A stretch of DNA of 64,000 bases from the NCBI GenBank assembly GCA_030390025.1, contig CM059432.1, forward strand, positions 22,136,001 to 22,200,000, read 5' to 3'. This document shows positions 48,095 to 61,564 of the stretch, piece by piece. Origin of the DNA: Squalus acanthias. Taxonomy: Eukaryota. Both the position numbers and the translations under genes were made by a program. Position 1 is the stretch's first letter, and each line of letters begins with the position of its first letter. Below the pieces are notes generated by a model. The model was not told the origin of the DNA and did no database searches. It was given only the letters and a program-made list of their open reading frames with translations.

Positions 48095-51075
48095 AGTGGC
48101 AGGGGTTTGGGAACCTGAGCAGGGAGACAGAGGAAAGGGAAACAAGGATAAAAGCAAAAGACAGGAAGGAGAAAAACAAAAGTAGAAGGCAAAGAACTCA
48201 ACGGTTTAAATCAAACATGGTCACAGTAAATAATAATTCATATAGCTCTGAGAGCGTTAAAAAAACAAGCCTGAAGGCTTTGTGTCTTAATGCAAGGAGC
48301 ATTCGGAACAAGGTGGATGAATTAGCTGCGCAAATAGAGGTAAATGAATGCGATTTGATTGGGATTACAGAAACATGGCTCCAGGGTGGCCAAGGCTGGG
48401 AACTCAACATCCAGGGGTATTCAATATTTAGGAAAGATAGGCAAAAAAGAAAGGGAGGTTGGGTAGCATTGCTGGTTAAAGAGGGGATTAACACAATTGA
48501 AAGGAAGGATATTAGCTCTGATGATGCGGAATCTGTATGGGTTAACTGAGAAATAACAAGGGGCAGAAAACATTAGTGGGAGTGGTATATAGACCTCCAA
48601 ACAGTAATATGGAGGTTGGGGATGGCATTAAAAGGGAAATTAGAGAAGCATGCAGTAAGGCCACAGTAGTCATCATGGGTGACTTTAATTTACATATAAA
48701 TTGGGCTAACCAAATTAGTAAAAATATTGTGGAGGAGGAATTCCTAGAATGTTTACGGGATGGTTTTCTGGAACAATATGTCGAGGAACCAACCAGAGAT
48801 CAGGCCATCTTAGACTGGGTATTATGTAACGAGAAAGGATTAATTAGCAATCTTGTTGTACGAGGCCCCTTGGGTCAGAGTGACCATAATATGATAGAAT
48901 TCTTCATTAGGATGGAGAGTGAAGTAGTTGAATCAGAGACTAGGGTCCTGAATTTAAATAAAGGAAACTACGATGGTATGAGGCGCGAATTGGGTAGGAT
49001 TGATTGGGGAATGTCACTCGAAGGGTTGACGATGGATAGGCAATGGCAAACATTCAAAGACTGCATGGATGAACTACAGAATTTGTTCATCCCAGTGTGG
49101 CATAAGAATAAAACAAAAAGGGTGACTCAACCGTGGCTAACAAGGGAAATTAGGGATAGCATAAGATCCAAGGAGAGGGCATATAAATTGGCCAGAAAAA
49201 GCGGTAACCCTGAGGATTGGGAGCAGTTTAGGATTCAACAAAGGAGGACAAAGGGATTAATTAAGAAGGGGAAAATAGAATATGAAAGTAAGCTTGCTGG
49301 GAACATAAAAACTGACTGTAAGAGTTTTTATAGATATGTGAAGAGAAAAAGATTAGTGAAATCAAGTGTAAGTCCCTTGCAGTCAGAAGCGGGGGAAGTT
49401 ATAATGGGGAACAAAGAAATGGCAGACCAATTAAATGCATATTTTGGTTCTGTCTTCACAAAGGAGGACACAAATAACCTCCCAGAGATGTTGGAGAACA
49501 TACGGTCTGATGAAAGGGAGGAACTGAAAGAAATCAGTATTTGCAGGGAAATGGTGTTAGGGAAATTGACGGGATTGAAGGCCGATAAATCCCCAGGGCC
49601 TGATAATCTACATCCTAGGGTACTTAAGGAAGTGGCCGTAGAAATAGTAGATGCATTGCTGATCATCTTCCAACATTCGATGGAATCTGGAACTGTACCC
49701 ATGGATTGGACGGTAGGTAATGTTACACTACTATTCAAAAAGGGTGGTAGAGAGAAAGCGGGAAATTACAGACCGGTAAGCCTGACATCGGTAGTGGGGA
49801 AAATGCTAGAGTCCATTATAAAGGATGTAATAGCTGAGCACTTGAAAAACAGTGACAGGACCGGACAAAGTCAACATGGATTTACAAAAGGTAAATCGTG
49901 CTTGACTAATCTACTGGAATTTTTTGAGGATGTAACTGGTAAAATAGATAAGGGAGAACCAGTGGATGTGGTGTATTTGGACTTTCAAAAGGCTTTCGAT
50001 AAGGTCCCGCATAAGAGATTAGCGTGTAAAGTTAAGGCACATGGGATTGGGGGCAAGGTATTGACTTGGATAGAGAACTGGTTGGCGGACAGAAAGCAAA
50101 GAGTAGGAATTAATGGGTCTTTTTCCGAGTGGCAAGCAGTGACTAGTGGGGTACCGCAGGGATCGGTCCTTGGACCCCAGCTATTCACAATATACATTAA
50201 TGATCTAGATAAGGGAACTAAATGTAATATCTCCAAGTTTGCAGATGACACAAAGCTGGGTGGGAGTGTGTGCTGCGAGGAGGATACCGAGAAACTCCAG
50301 GATGATTGGACAGGTTGGGTGAGTGGGCAGAAGCATGGCAGATGCAATATAACGTGAATAAATGCGAAGTTATCCACTTTGCTGTCAAAAACAGAAAGGC
50401 AGACTATTATCTGAATGGCAATAGATTGGGAGAAGAGGAAGTGCAACGAGACCTGGGTGTCCTTGTGCACCAGTCGCTGAAGGTAAGCATGCAGGTGCAG
50501 CAGGCGGTGAAGAAGGCAAATGGTATGTTGGCCTTCATAGCAAAAGGGTTTGAGTATAGGAACAGGGATGTCCTGCTGCAGTTGTACAGGGCCTTGGTGA
50601 GACCACACCTTGAGTATTGTGTGCAGTTTTGGTCGCCTTATCTGAGGAAGTATCTTCTTGCCATGGAGGGAGTTCAGCGAAGATTCACAAGGCTGATACC
50701 TGGAATGGCAGGAATGACATATGAGGAGAGATTGGGTCGATTGGGCTTATACTCGCTGGAGTATAGAAGAATGAGAGGGGATCTCATCAAAACATATAAA
50801 ATTCTGACAGGTCTGGACAAACTAGATGCAGGAAGAATGTTCCCGATGGTCGGAGAGTCCAGAACCAGGGGTCATAATCTAACGATAGGGGTAAGCCATT
50901 TAGGACCGAAATGAGGAGGAATTTCTTCACCCAGAGAGTGGTGAACCTGTGGCATTCTCTACTACAGAATGTAGTTGAGGCCAAGTCATTAAATATATTC
51001 AAGAATGAGTTAGATATATTTCTTAAAGCTAAAGGTATCAAGGGATATGGGGAGAAGGCAGGTACAGGGTACTGA
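48085..51075 (+). pseudogene. CR1 ORF2 (endonuclease-RT) with a stop at 48547 and frameshifts near 50305 and 50885
   Basis: ORF pieces at 48217, 48576 and 50306 are colinear with the intact ORF2. Confidence 0.92.
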
Positions 51076-51177
51076 GTTTGGATGATCAGCCATGATCTCA
51101 TCGAATGGCGGAGCAGGCTCGAGGGGCCGAATGGCCTACTCCTGCTCCTATGTTCTATATTTCTATGTTTCTATATA

Positions 51178-51520
51178 TCCATTCCATTGTTGCATTTCAG
51201 ATATTGTCTAACATTTATGATATTGTACCTGGAGCATTGCCAATCAATTGTGTTGTTGCATATTTAGTATTGTCCATCTATTGTTATATTTTAGCTCTAA
51301 TATTTCCCATCAATTGTAATATTGAACCTCGTGTATGGTTCACCCATTGTAATGTACTTCAGGTATTGTCCAACCATTGTGATGTTGTACCTCAGATATT
51401 ATGCATCCATTGTGATGTTTTACTGTCTGATATTGTCCATCCATTGTGATGTTGTACCTCAGATATTTCCCATTCTTGTAACATTGAGACATCCATCCAT
51501 TGGAATTTTTACTGATGATA
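51178..51520. repeat. Degenerate minisatellite of about 33 bp, roughly 10 copies
   Basis: Consensus CCATTGTGATGTTGTACCTCAGATATTGTCCAT. Confidence 0.7.
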
Positions 51521-51527
51521 TTGTCTC

Positions 51528-52305
51528 TTACATAGGATTACATCGGATATATGGCACAGAAACAGGCCATTCGGCCCAACCAGTCCATGCCGTCATTTAT
51601 GCTCCACACGAGTCTCCTCCCGTCTTTCCTCATCTAACTCTATCAGTATAACCCTCTATTCCCTTTTCCCTCATATGCTTATCTAGCCTCCCCTTAAATG
51701 CATCTATACTATTCGCTTCAACCACTCCCTGTGGTAGCGACTTCCACATTCTCTCCACTCTTTGGGTAAAGAAGTTTCTTCTGAATTCCCTATTGGCTTT
51801 CTTGGTGACTATCTTAAATTGATGGCCTCTAATTATGCTCTTCCCCACAAGTGGAATCCACTCTATCAAAATTTTTCATAATTTAAAGACGCCTATTAGG
51901 TCACCCCTCAGCCTTCTTTTTTCAAGAGAAAAGAGACCCAGCCTGTTCATCCTTTCCTGATATGTATACCCTCGCATTTCTGGTAGCATCCTTGTAAATC
52001 TTCACTGCACCCTCTCCAGTACCTCTATATCCTTTTTATAATATGGCAACCAGAACTGTATGCAGTACTCTAAGTGTGGTCTAACCAAGGTTCGATACAG
52101 GTTTAGCATAACTTCCCTACTTTTCAATTTTATCCCTCTAGAAATAAACCCTAGTGCTTGGTTTGCTTTTTTTAATGGCCTTGCTAACCTGTGCCGCAAC
52201 TTTTAGTGATTTGTGTATTTGTACTCCGAGATCCCTTTTTTCCTCTACCCCACCTAGACTCGCACCCTCCAAGTGATTAGTGACCTCCCTATTCTTCCTA
52301 CCTAA
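51528..52305 (-). mobile_element. CR1 3' fragment of another subfamily
   Basis: LVRPHLEYCIQFW and NFFTQRV peptides, with a reversed tail at 51528. Confidence 0.85.
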
Positions 52306-53769
52306 ATAAGCTTCCATCCCAGTCAGAGGAAATGGGTAAGATTAATGACAAATACACACGCCAATGGCAAAATTCAAATATATAACTTTCAAAAGTACAC
52401 TGAACTCAATATCCACCCCCTCCGCCACCGGCCCACAGTGGTTGCAAGTATGCACTGCCTACAAGGTGCACTGCAGCAACTCATCAAGCTTACTTTGACA
52501 GCACCTCCCAGCCCCATGGCCTCTACCACCGAGAAGAACAAGAGCAGTAAGATCATGCAAACATCATCACCTCCTAGTTCCCCTGCAAGTTATATATCAT
52601 CCTGAGTTGGACAGATACTGCTGTTCTTTCATCATTGCTGAGTGAAAATCCTGGAATTTGTTACTCATCATTGCGGGAATACCATCAGCATAAGTTCAAG
52701 GAGAAGGCCCACCACCACCTTCTCTGGCAGCTAGGGATGGACAATAAATGTGGCACCACTAATATTGCCCACATCCCAAGAACAAACATAAAAATTTGAT
52801 GAAGTATATATATATATGTAAAAATTGAAAATTCCGATGTCTTTGTGCTATGGACCAGTTCCCAGCCGACAGTATTGGTAAGCGACATATTATCTGGACT
52901 CTGCCAACATCACTCTATTTCCATCAAACAGGATATGTGAAAGGGTAATGGGATCAGTCAACCTTTGATTCATCCCTCTATTCTTCTCTTCTCATCAAGA
53001 AACAACCGGTCATCACTTAGCAACTCCTATTGACGGTACAGATCAGGTTGAAAGTACTATTTATTTTTAATATATTTGTGGGAGTGTATTCATAAGTGTA
53101 GCACACCTTTGATGTTCATGTGCTATTATATTCACTGGCATGTATTCTTCATACATAAATGGTTTCTACATTAAATTGAAAGATATGTTTGGGTGTGCTC
53201 CTCTTGAATAGATTGCTACTTTTACTTAGTTCTAATTATTATTATTTTCCTCGTATTGTTTGCTTTTAAAATTAACTAAGATTGGCACATCAAATCCAGC
53301 AATGTTGGGTGCTTATGATAATTTTGCAGCATCGAGAGAATAGCATAATATTTCCATAACTATTTTTATCATCATGTATTTTACATAAGTGCCACACACA
53401 TTTAAAGATTTGGTCATTAAGGATAAGTCAGTTGTCTGCTTCCAACAAAATTTCAGACAGACTGTTAATCATTTTTATAGCAGCAATAAACCAGTAATAC
53501 TTGCCTAAAACTAGAATCTTGTATTTACTAACAGATGGTGATTAATCCTCCATGTTCAATTACTGTAGTTCATTTAAAATGAAAAATTGCTTTTGACTAA
53601 ATAAAATTATTAGCATAATGTTATCTGGATTCAGAAATTCATTCCATTTATATTTTGTGCAAGATGGCCACTGAAATTGTAAATGCCAAGCAAACATTCT
53701 TACTTTCAAGCATTGTGCATATAAATGGTAACTGCCACTGGAAGCCTATATATAAAGTTTAAACACAAA

Positions 53770-54665
53770 GGGGGAGAAATTCAGTATCGCCCCATTTGGG
53801 GCGCAATTATCGGCCGGGCGCAAAGATTAGCGCCTGGCGCTAATTATCGCCACCGACTGCAAACTTGACTTTTATCGCCCCTGGAGGTGATTGGAGTGCT
53901 AAATCAGGCACTTCACACCTGTCTTAAGGCGCAAAGGCCGAGGAGCGAGGCGCTACCTCAGAGCGCTGGCGAAGCTCATGTGATGTCAGTCAGCAATGGA
54001 ACACACACACAATGGCGCCGGCCAGTTCTTAAAGGGGAGGGTTGATCTTGCTTTCCATCCACATCCTACTCATTGCAGCCTTGAATCTCGGCCTGGAGAG
54101 ACCTGCACATCAAATCTGCTGGAAAGAACAATGGAGAGAACCAGGGAAAGAGCTCAGAGTGCAGCCCCCACAGTCTCTTCTAAATCGATACAAGGAAGGG
54201 CAAATCAAAATGAACCTGCAAAGTGCTGCTCAGTACCCAAAACTCCTTCACACAGCGTTGAATCTCTCCAGAAGTCTCTCTCTCTCTCTCTCGCAGAAAG
54301 CGTGGTTCAAAAATGTGACCAACAATAAAAGGCAGGAAGCGGTCGCCTTTAAATAGCGCTCCCCCAGTCCCTTCCTGACTGCAAAATGCTCCCCTCAACC
54401 TGTCGTTGCTAGCGGCAGGCGGTAAGGCAGGGGGCGCCACTCAATATCCGCTCCGGGGCGATAAATGGGGCGTTGCGCACTCGACTGACGTCACGATCTG
54501 CCGGCGCAGGAGATCGTGGCGGTAGTGTTTAGCGCTGCCGCAAAATGTCTAGTTAATTTCGCGAGCGGCGCAAACATCGCCGCGCCCGGGTGCTTGTTGC
54601 TTTGCGCCCCATTAGCGCCCTCTTAAGGCGCTAACGGGAGGCGCAACCAACTGAATTTTTCCCCC
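53770..54665. mobile_element. Non-autonomous Harbinger element, 896 bp, diverged sister in opposite orientation
   Basis: Termini GGGGGAGAAATT and AATTTTTCCCCC, TSD AAA. Confidence 0.92.
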
Positions 54666-55864
54666 AAAGTCTCCAGGATGCCACAAGACACAATCCTGTC
54701 TTCAAGTTTGCATTTGTTTGCTTCTTTTAGCAGAGTTTTAATGCAATTTCTATGCATCTTTTTCTCTGTCTTTTCCTTTGATAAGTGTTATGAACCAACA
54801 ACAAATACTTGCATTTATAAAGCACCTTAACAGATAAGGGGAGTAATTTTGACTTTGGGTGATAATATAACATGGGCAATATCGATTCAGCCGCCCATTA
54901 TACATCTCTCCCGATTTTAATTTCCATTGACTTCAAAATCAAAGCCAAATTATGCCCAAGATGTCCCAAGGCACTTAACAGTGAAATAATATGATGAACA
55001 GATGCTGAGCCATGAGAGAGAAGTTAGGAGAGGTGATTGAAGCCAAGGTCAAAAAGATGGGTTTTATGAAGATTTTTAAAGGAAGTCAAAGAAATGGAGA
55101 CATTTAGGGATGGAGTTCCGTAGGGCTGAGGTGAGTGAAAGCTCATTGCTTTAATGGGCCACAGGGAGAGGAGAAGCAAAAGAACCAGAGTTGGAGGAAC
55201 AAAGTGTGCATGAAAGGATCCATGGCTGGAGGAGATTGGGGAGGTTGGAAGTTGAGAACCACAACACAATCCCCTCTTGCTCAAGAATAAGGGACAGTCC
55301 AGGAATAGAAATCTTTTCAGCATTATCACAGAATTTTAGGATAAGCCAAAAGACATGAAATCTTTCTGAAAAAAGTTGTTTCTGGCAATTCCCTGAAGAT
55401 GGATTACCCTGCTATCGCAAGCTGATACACTGTCTGCAATTTTAACTCCAGCCACCTGGTGGAAACCAGGTGTAGGGGGCAATTATAATGGACCCACTCC
55501 TTGCCTGCTCTGATTTGATCGGACTGCAATTTTAAATTGTAGGCGACAAGGACACCCAAGCCGATGGGGGCCTCTTTAAATATGCAGGTTGGGCTTGATG
55601 ACATCAACGGAGCCCGATCTGCAAATTTTAACCCGAGCCCTAAGTGTGGGAGCAGTGGTGGCTACCCGACCAGGCCAAAGCTGCCGGGGACAGCAGCCAG
55701 GGTCAGAAGCGTCCAAGTGAGGTAAAGTTTTAAATTGTTTTTTTAGTTTTCTATTGGGCCACGAGGAGCAGGAGTGCTCCTTCAGGCCCTACAAGGGAAC
55801 CTTGGGCCACCCCTGCCGCTGGTGAAAGGTAATAGCTTGAAAATTCAATCTATGCAGTTAATGC

Positions 55865-56437
55865 CAACAACAAGCATGACTTGCATTTATATAACACCTT
55901 TAACATAGTAAAACGTCACATGGAGCTTCACAGGAGCGTAATGCGAAAAAAATTGACACCGAGACAAAGAATGGAGATGTTAGAATGGGTGACTAAAAGC
56001 TTGGTCAAAAGTGTAGGTTTTAAAGAGTGTCTTAAAAGAAGAGAAGTGGCAAGGTGGAGAGGTTTGGGGAGGGAAATCCAGAGCTTCGGGCCTAGGTGGC
56101 TGAAGACACGACCACCAATGGTGAGCCGAAGGGAGTGAGGGATACACAAGAGGACAGATTTGGAGGAACGCAGAGTTCTTGGAGGATTGTAGCACTGGAG
56201 GAGGTTACAGGGATAGGGAGGGGCGAAAGCATGGAAGGATTTGAAGCAGAGAATGAGAATTTTAAAATCGAGGCATTGCTGGACCAGAAGCTAATGCAGG
56301 TCAGTGAGCACAGCAGTGATGGTGCAAGTTAGGATACGGGCAGTAGAGTTTTAGATAGCTCAAGTTTACAGAGTGTGGAAGGTGGGAGGCCAGCCAGGAG
56401 TGCATTGAAATAGTTGAGTCTGGAGGCGTGGATGAGG
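55865..56437 (-). mobile_element. L2 LINE 3' fragment
   Basis: GGRVFSHLGPKLW peptide and L2 tail. Confidence 0.8.
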
Positions 56438-56589
56438 GATGGGTCAAGTAGATTGCACAACTGACTTGGAATGAAGGATTGTTCAATATTAAGACCACCA
56501 ACTTCTAGACTGAAGATGGCGCTAGAAATGTCATAGCTTATTAACAATGGCTATGGCTTCAAAATCTACAGCACATTGTAATGGAAGTT

Positions 56590-56900
56590 CTTATATAGAA
56601 GTGACTCCTGAATTTGACCAAGCTGATGACCATCATTGCATTGATACCATGGACTCTTATAGTAAACTGGCTGAAGTTGCTTTTGCTTCACAGATGGCTA
56701 CACGAACTGCTGTCAAGTTCCAGCCATCTGTCTTCAGCAGAGCGCCTAATCCTAATGAACTGGTTTCAGGTAATGAATTTCAGCTCATCTAGCAGAATTT
56801 TGCTGAATTCCTGTACCAGAGAGAAAGGAAACATTTGTGCTCATCACCGTATTGCGTTTGTGCCAATGGGGAATAGGAACATTTGAATTATGTTTTTGAA
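56590..56900 (+). pseudogene. Highly degraded Gypsy-type integrase core fossil
   Basis: MDSYSKLAEVAF..VKF..VFSRAPNPNELVSGN..F.EFL..H..SSPY..ANGE resembles the D.YSKWPE..LVSDNG.QF..ANG..E pattern. Confidence 0.6.
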
Positions 56901-57469
56901 CACTGCCTACAAACAATTGCCTGAATAATCACCATGGAAACCCATTGTTCCTCAATTGTCGATAGCTTATATGGCAAATCCTCATGAAACACAAATAGAA
57001 AATAGATGCACAGAAGGTTAAACATCGATGAACCAGCCACACTTAATAGAAAAAATAGTGACATTTATAATGGAGTGGAATAGAAACAGGAAATAACAAG
57101 TAAAAATATATATACATGCCAGAGGGTTAAAACTCCAGATTATAAATATGGTGATTTAGTTCACATACAGACACTTTGGAGAACCAAAAAGGTGAATCTG
57201 AAAACTTAGAGCCTTAGGTTAGAACATAGAACATAGAACAGTACAGCACAGTACAGGCCCTTCGGCCCTCGATGTTGTGCCGAGCATTGTACAATGGCAG
57301 AGCATGGAATATTATGCGTGCAATTTTACCAGAGATGACGTTCATGGTTGACACAGGCAGAGAGTCTCTATGCTGTGCCAAGCACAAAACTAAGCCCCAC
57401 TACTTCTCTCAAGGATTTGATCAGAAGAAGTCTCAGCACTGCCCGAAGTTGGATTTTTACAGAAAGTGG

Positions 57470-57800
57470 GGAAAGGACCTATTTCCCTTAGCAGAGGGGT
57501 CAAAAACCAGGGGGCACAGAGTTAAAGTAATTGGTGGAAGGTTTAGAGGGGATTTGAGGGGAAATATCTTCACCCAGAGGGTTGTGGGGGTCTAGAACTC
57601 ACTGCCTGAAAGGGTGGTAGAGGCAGGAACCCTAACCACATTTAAAAAGTACTTGGATGTGTACTTGGGATGCTGTAACCTGCAGGGCTACGGACCAAGA
57701 GCTGGGAAGTGGGATTAGGCTGGATAGCTCTTTGTTGGCCGGCACGGACACGATGGGCCAAAATGGCCTCCTTCCGTACTGTAGCTTTCTATGATTCTAA
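57470..57800 (+). mobile_element. CR1 3' fragment, same subfamily as 21079-21795
   Basis: Near-identical to 21460-21790. Confidence 0.88.
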
Positions 57801-58099
57801 GAACAGACACTCTCCCATTTTTCAGCAAAAGAGGAATTTCACCCCATGACATAATTTGACAGTAGTGACAACTGAGTTCTAAGGTAGTTAGGTTCCATAT
57901 TTGTATTTGTGTGAATTACCAAATGCTGTGCAGTAGTGTTAGTAGTGTGTATGTCCCTTGTACTTGAGGATGACTGTGCCAACAGTGAAAGGAACATAAG
58001 TCCATGGTAGATGGGTGCGTTGATAACTATGCGAGACAATACGTGACAGGCATTGTCTACCGCAGGCCTAACATGACCACATTCCTAGGGGCGGTTCCC

Positions 58100-59400
58100 T
58101 TGATCCCTCTGACATTGCCAACACTTCCATCTGTCGTAGCTTTCCTCCACATTGCCATGATGTTGTAGCTCAAAGCCTTTCACTTTATTTCACTTCATTC
58201 CTGTCTGTTGGTGGCTAGGATTTCCCAAGAGTCAATAATCATGTTGCACTGCTTGAAATGAATCTTTAGTGTGTCCTTATAACGTTTTTGTTGTCACACT
58301 GCTTTCTTCTGCAATCCACCAGTTCTCCAAAAAGTACCTGCATTGACAACCATACATCGTCCATCCTAACAACATGTACAGCCTGTTAGGAATTGCAGCA
58401 GGAAAGGTTTTATTAAAGAATCTATTTCATATACAGGACTCCATTTTATGGTTAAAAGACAGTTTTTTGCAGGATCTGTTGAAACAGGCAATATCTGTAG
58501 AATGTCACAAGACATCTCAGATTACCATAGCCACTTTGTAAGGCAGTGCCGACTGTTATCATGTAAGATAGCCTTCTAATAGATACATCAATCTCTTTGA
58601 CGACTATTGGAGTAATTTTAACTTACGCCGATGGTGTAAAATAGGCCATATTGGATTGGCCGCCCATTATGCATCACTTCCGATTTTCCTTTCTATTGAA
58701 GACGATCGCCAAAAGTTAAAATTACCCCCTATGCTATGAGACTCACTTTTTAAAATGCCGAGCTAATGTAAGAGCAAGAGTGAAGGTCATGTGATGGCCT
58801 TTTATCTGTAGGATAAAAAGTGACATCACTGTAAAAGAATTAGGGAAGACCCAGGGACTAATCACCCTGTGACTGAGCTCAGCAACTGTAACGGGAGGTC
58901 TCCTGCAGCCTTTGCATTGTTGTGTGTGCTGTCTGTGAGTATCAATTCCTCTTATAAAATCTATAAGTGAAGCTTTACTATCTAAAACTTTAATTCCTAG
59001 CATAGAGACAACAGCTCCAAACTTGTCTATCTTGCAATATTACTTAACGCAGCCCAATGGAGCTGAGCATTGATTATCATAACCTCAATGTTGGCGCTTT
59101 CAGCACATTCAGTAGCTGTTGAGTGTGGCTTCTATAGAGTGTCCATGTTTCTTGTCTATACTGGAGATTGGTAAGGACAAATGACTTATAAATCTTCAGT
59201 TTAGTGACAACCTTGATACCAGACTGATTCCATATATGCTTGAACAGTCTGTCAAAGGTCACATTTGCTCTCTGCATGTGAGCCATCACTTCCTTATCAA
59301 TTCTAGGATCATCAGAGACTCTTGGGAACTCCTTGACCACATTCAATTCAATTTTGCCAATAGTGATCGATGTTTTAACACATGGCTTCTCAGTATGCTT
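58100..59400 (-). mobile_element. Old fragmented RTE LINE pieces
   Basis: TKLKIYK..L.Y..ETWTLY at 59110-59346 and QQKRYKDTLK near 58280. Confidence 0.6.
58608..58729. mobile_element. 122-bp Harbinger-like MITE; partial relative at 54838-54950
   Basis: TIR core GTAATTTTAACTT and AAGTTAAAATTAC, TSD TAT. Confidence 0.65.
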
Positions 59401-59524
59401 CTGAGAAACAGAAAAAAAATCAATGCCAGTTTAATGAAAATGCCAAGGCCTTGGTCCTACTCTCTGGAATCCCCTCTCTAAACTATCTCCCACCTCTTCA
59501 CTTCTGTCTGCACCTATTAAAAGA

Positions 59525-59955
59525 TGAAGACTTTCATTTATATAGCACCTTTCATGACCACCAGACATCCCAAAGTGCTTTATAGCCAATGATGTACTTT
59601 TTGAAGTGTAGTCCCTGTTGTAATGTAGGAAACGCAGCAGCCAATTTCCCACAAACAGTAATGTGATAATGACCAGATAATCTGTTTTAGTGATGCTGAC
59701 TGAGGGATAAATATTGGCCAGGACACCGGGGATAACTCCCCTGCTCTTCTTCGAAATAGTGCCAAGGGAATCTTTTATGTTCACCTGAGAGAGCAGACGG
59801 GGCCTCGGTTTAACGTCTCATCCGAAAGACGTCAGTGTAGCACTGGAGTGTCAGCCTAGAATTTTGTGCTCAGGTCTCTGGAGTGGGACTTGAACCCACA
59901 ACCTCTGATTCAGAGGCAAGTGGGGTCTTACCAACTGAGACACTGGCTGACACTT
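59525..59955 (-). mobile_element. DeuSINE-like SINE, near full length
   Basis: Reverse-complement match to 32270-32650, with head and tail present. Confidence 0.8.
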
Positions 59956-61564
59956 AAAAAGCCTCTCAAAGCCCATATTCACAACTAAGCATTTGTTCAC
60001 CTTTCTTAACTGTCCCACCATGCCTGGCTATCAGTTCGTTTATCATTTTCTCTCTCTCTGTGAAGTGCCTTGGAATGTTTTCTGCATTCAAGGAACGATA
60101 TAAATGCAAGGTGTTCTTATATGAGCGCAGCTATTACAAACCTGTCGACCTCTATTTACTTGCTGCACTCCATAGTGTAATCAAGCTCAGCTCCTTACCC
60201 TGGCAGCATCATTGACTCAGGATAACATGCTGTCATGATAAGGGAGCCACTTTCAGTTATGTAGATGCAGAAACTGGTCCTGCTCGTTTGCTCTTTCTGT
60301 GCATTTAAGGTGGATGCCAGCGTCTCTTAAGTCCGAGTAATAGCGGGAGAATGGTGCATGGAGCCCACACTTCGGAAACTGGCCGTGGTTTTGAGCACAA
60401 ACATAAAAGGCACCAGCATCTGACATTGATCCTGAAAGTGGCTGTCATATACAAGGGTTCTCTGTGCTGCATCTTGCCTGAAGAAACATGTTAAACAAAA
60501 GCGTTTTGCATTTGCTTAGGAAAACAGACAATGTGATACTCACGAGTGTTAAATATTTAAGCACAGCATTAATCACTGTCTTCAAGACAATTATTGAAGA
60601 CAAGAGGTTGTGCAAGCAGCACTGAGGCTGATAAAATATTCCTGCCTGATTGCAAGGTTCCCTGATGAAAAGCCCAAAATCACCATCTGACAAGCAAAAG
60701 GTCAAGTAGAAGGAATTTATCAGAGTAAAACAATTGCCTGATCCTCAATCATTGAATCTCAACGAGAATTAAACCTGCTGTGTGGTCTTGCTGCAGTGCA
60801 CTGCAGTAAATGTTGCAGCTATCCTATGGAGCATCGAATCCCATAAAATACAAGATCTGATTTCTTCCTTTTGGCAGGGCCAGATCATATGATTAATGAT
60901 CCTTTTCTGACCCAGCAGAATCTATCAGCCTGTACTTACTTCAAATCTAGTTACATAAATCATTCCCTGAATAGTCTAAATCTATACCTCTGGCATTCTC
61001 AAAAAATGTACTGACTCCAGCCATCTCACAATCGTGCCCAATGCCCATGGGACCTTTCCAGGCTTATCTCTGCTGAGCCTGTCGTTCCCAGCGTCCCATC
61101 AGGTCTGAAAGGTGGTAGCTGGCTTCTACTGTGCACCACCATTATAACACTACCTGTATTATAACGTAGCACAGTGAATGCTTTCAGTGGAGCATGAAGC
61201 AAACAAAGAAACAAATAAAAGAATAGGACATCGGGATCAAGAGGCTGGGTACTGAGCAAACATCCAAGAAACCAACAGTTAACCATTTACGATGACAGCT
61301 GAAATATTATTATTCTCCATTATACAAATAACCAACCAAAAGTTATTTTAGAACAGTTTTCTCCCTATCCACCCCATAATTTTCTCCTTTGCTCTCATGA
61401 AGGTGCTACAGTATTGTTCCACAGGCACTGGCAACTTTCTGATATCTCACCCAAGTTGTCATTCTTCATGCGTAAGCCTAGACAGTGTGTCGGCAGTCTA
61501 TTCAACTATGAAGAGATCACAGGTCAGCCAGATCCTGCACTTGCTGTACATTCACACATGAGCA

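Larger units (their letters stand above)
46820..51177 (+). mobile_element. Second full-length CR1 LINE, decayed
   Basis: GC-rich 5' UTR, ORF1, ORF2, 3' hairpin and TTCTATG/TTCTATA tail. The 5' boundary is approximate. Confidence 0.92.

Noticed and set aside
53996..54440. Recurring short ORFs (MEHTHNG.., MAPPALPP..), also at 8252 and 28949-29391
   Set aside because: They have no recognisable domain and their frames are not preserved among the three non-autonomous copies.
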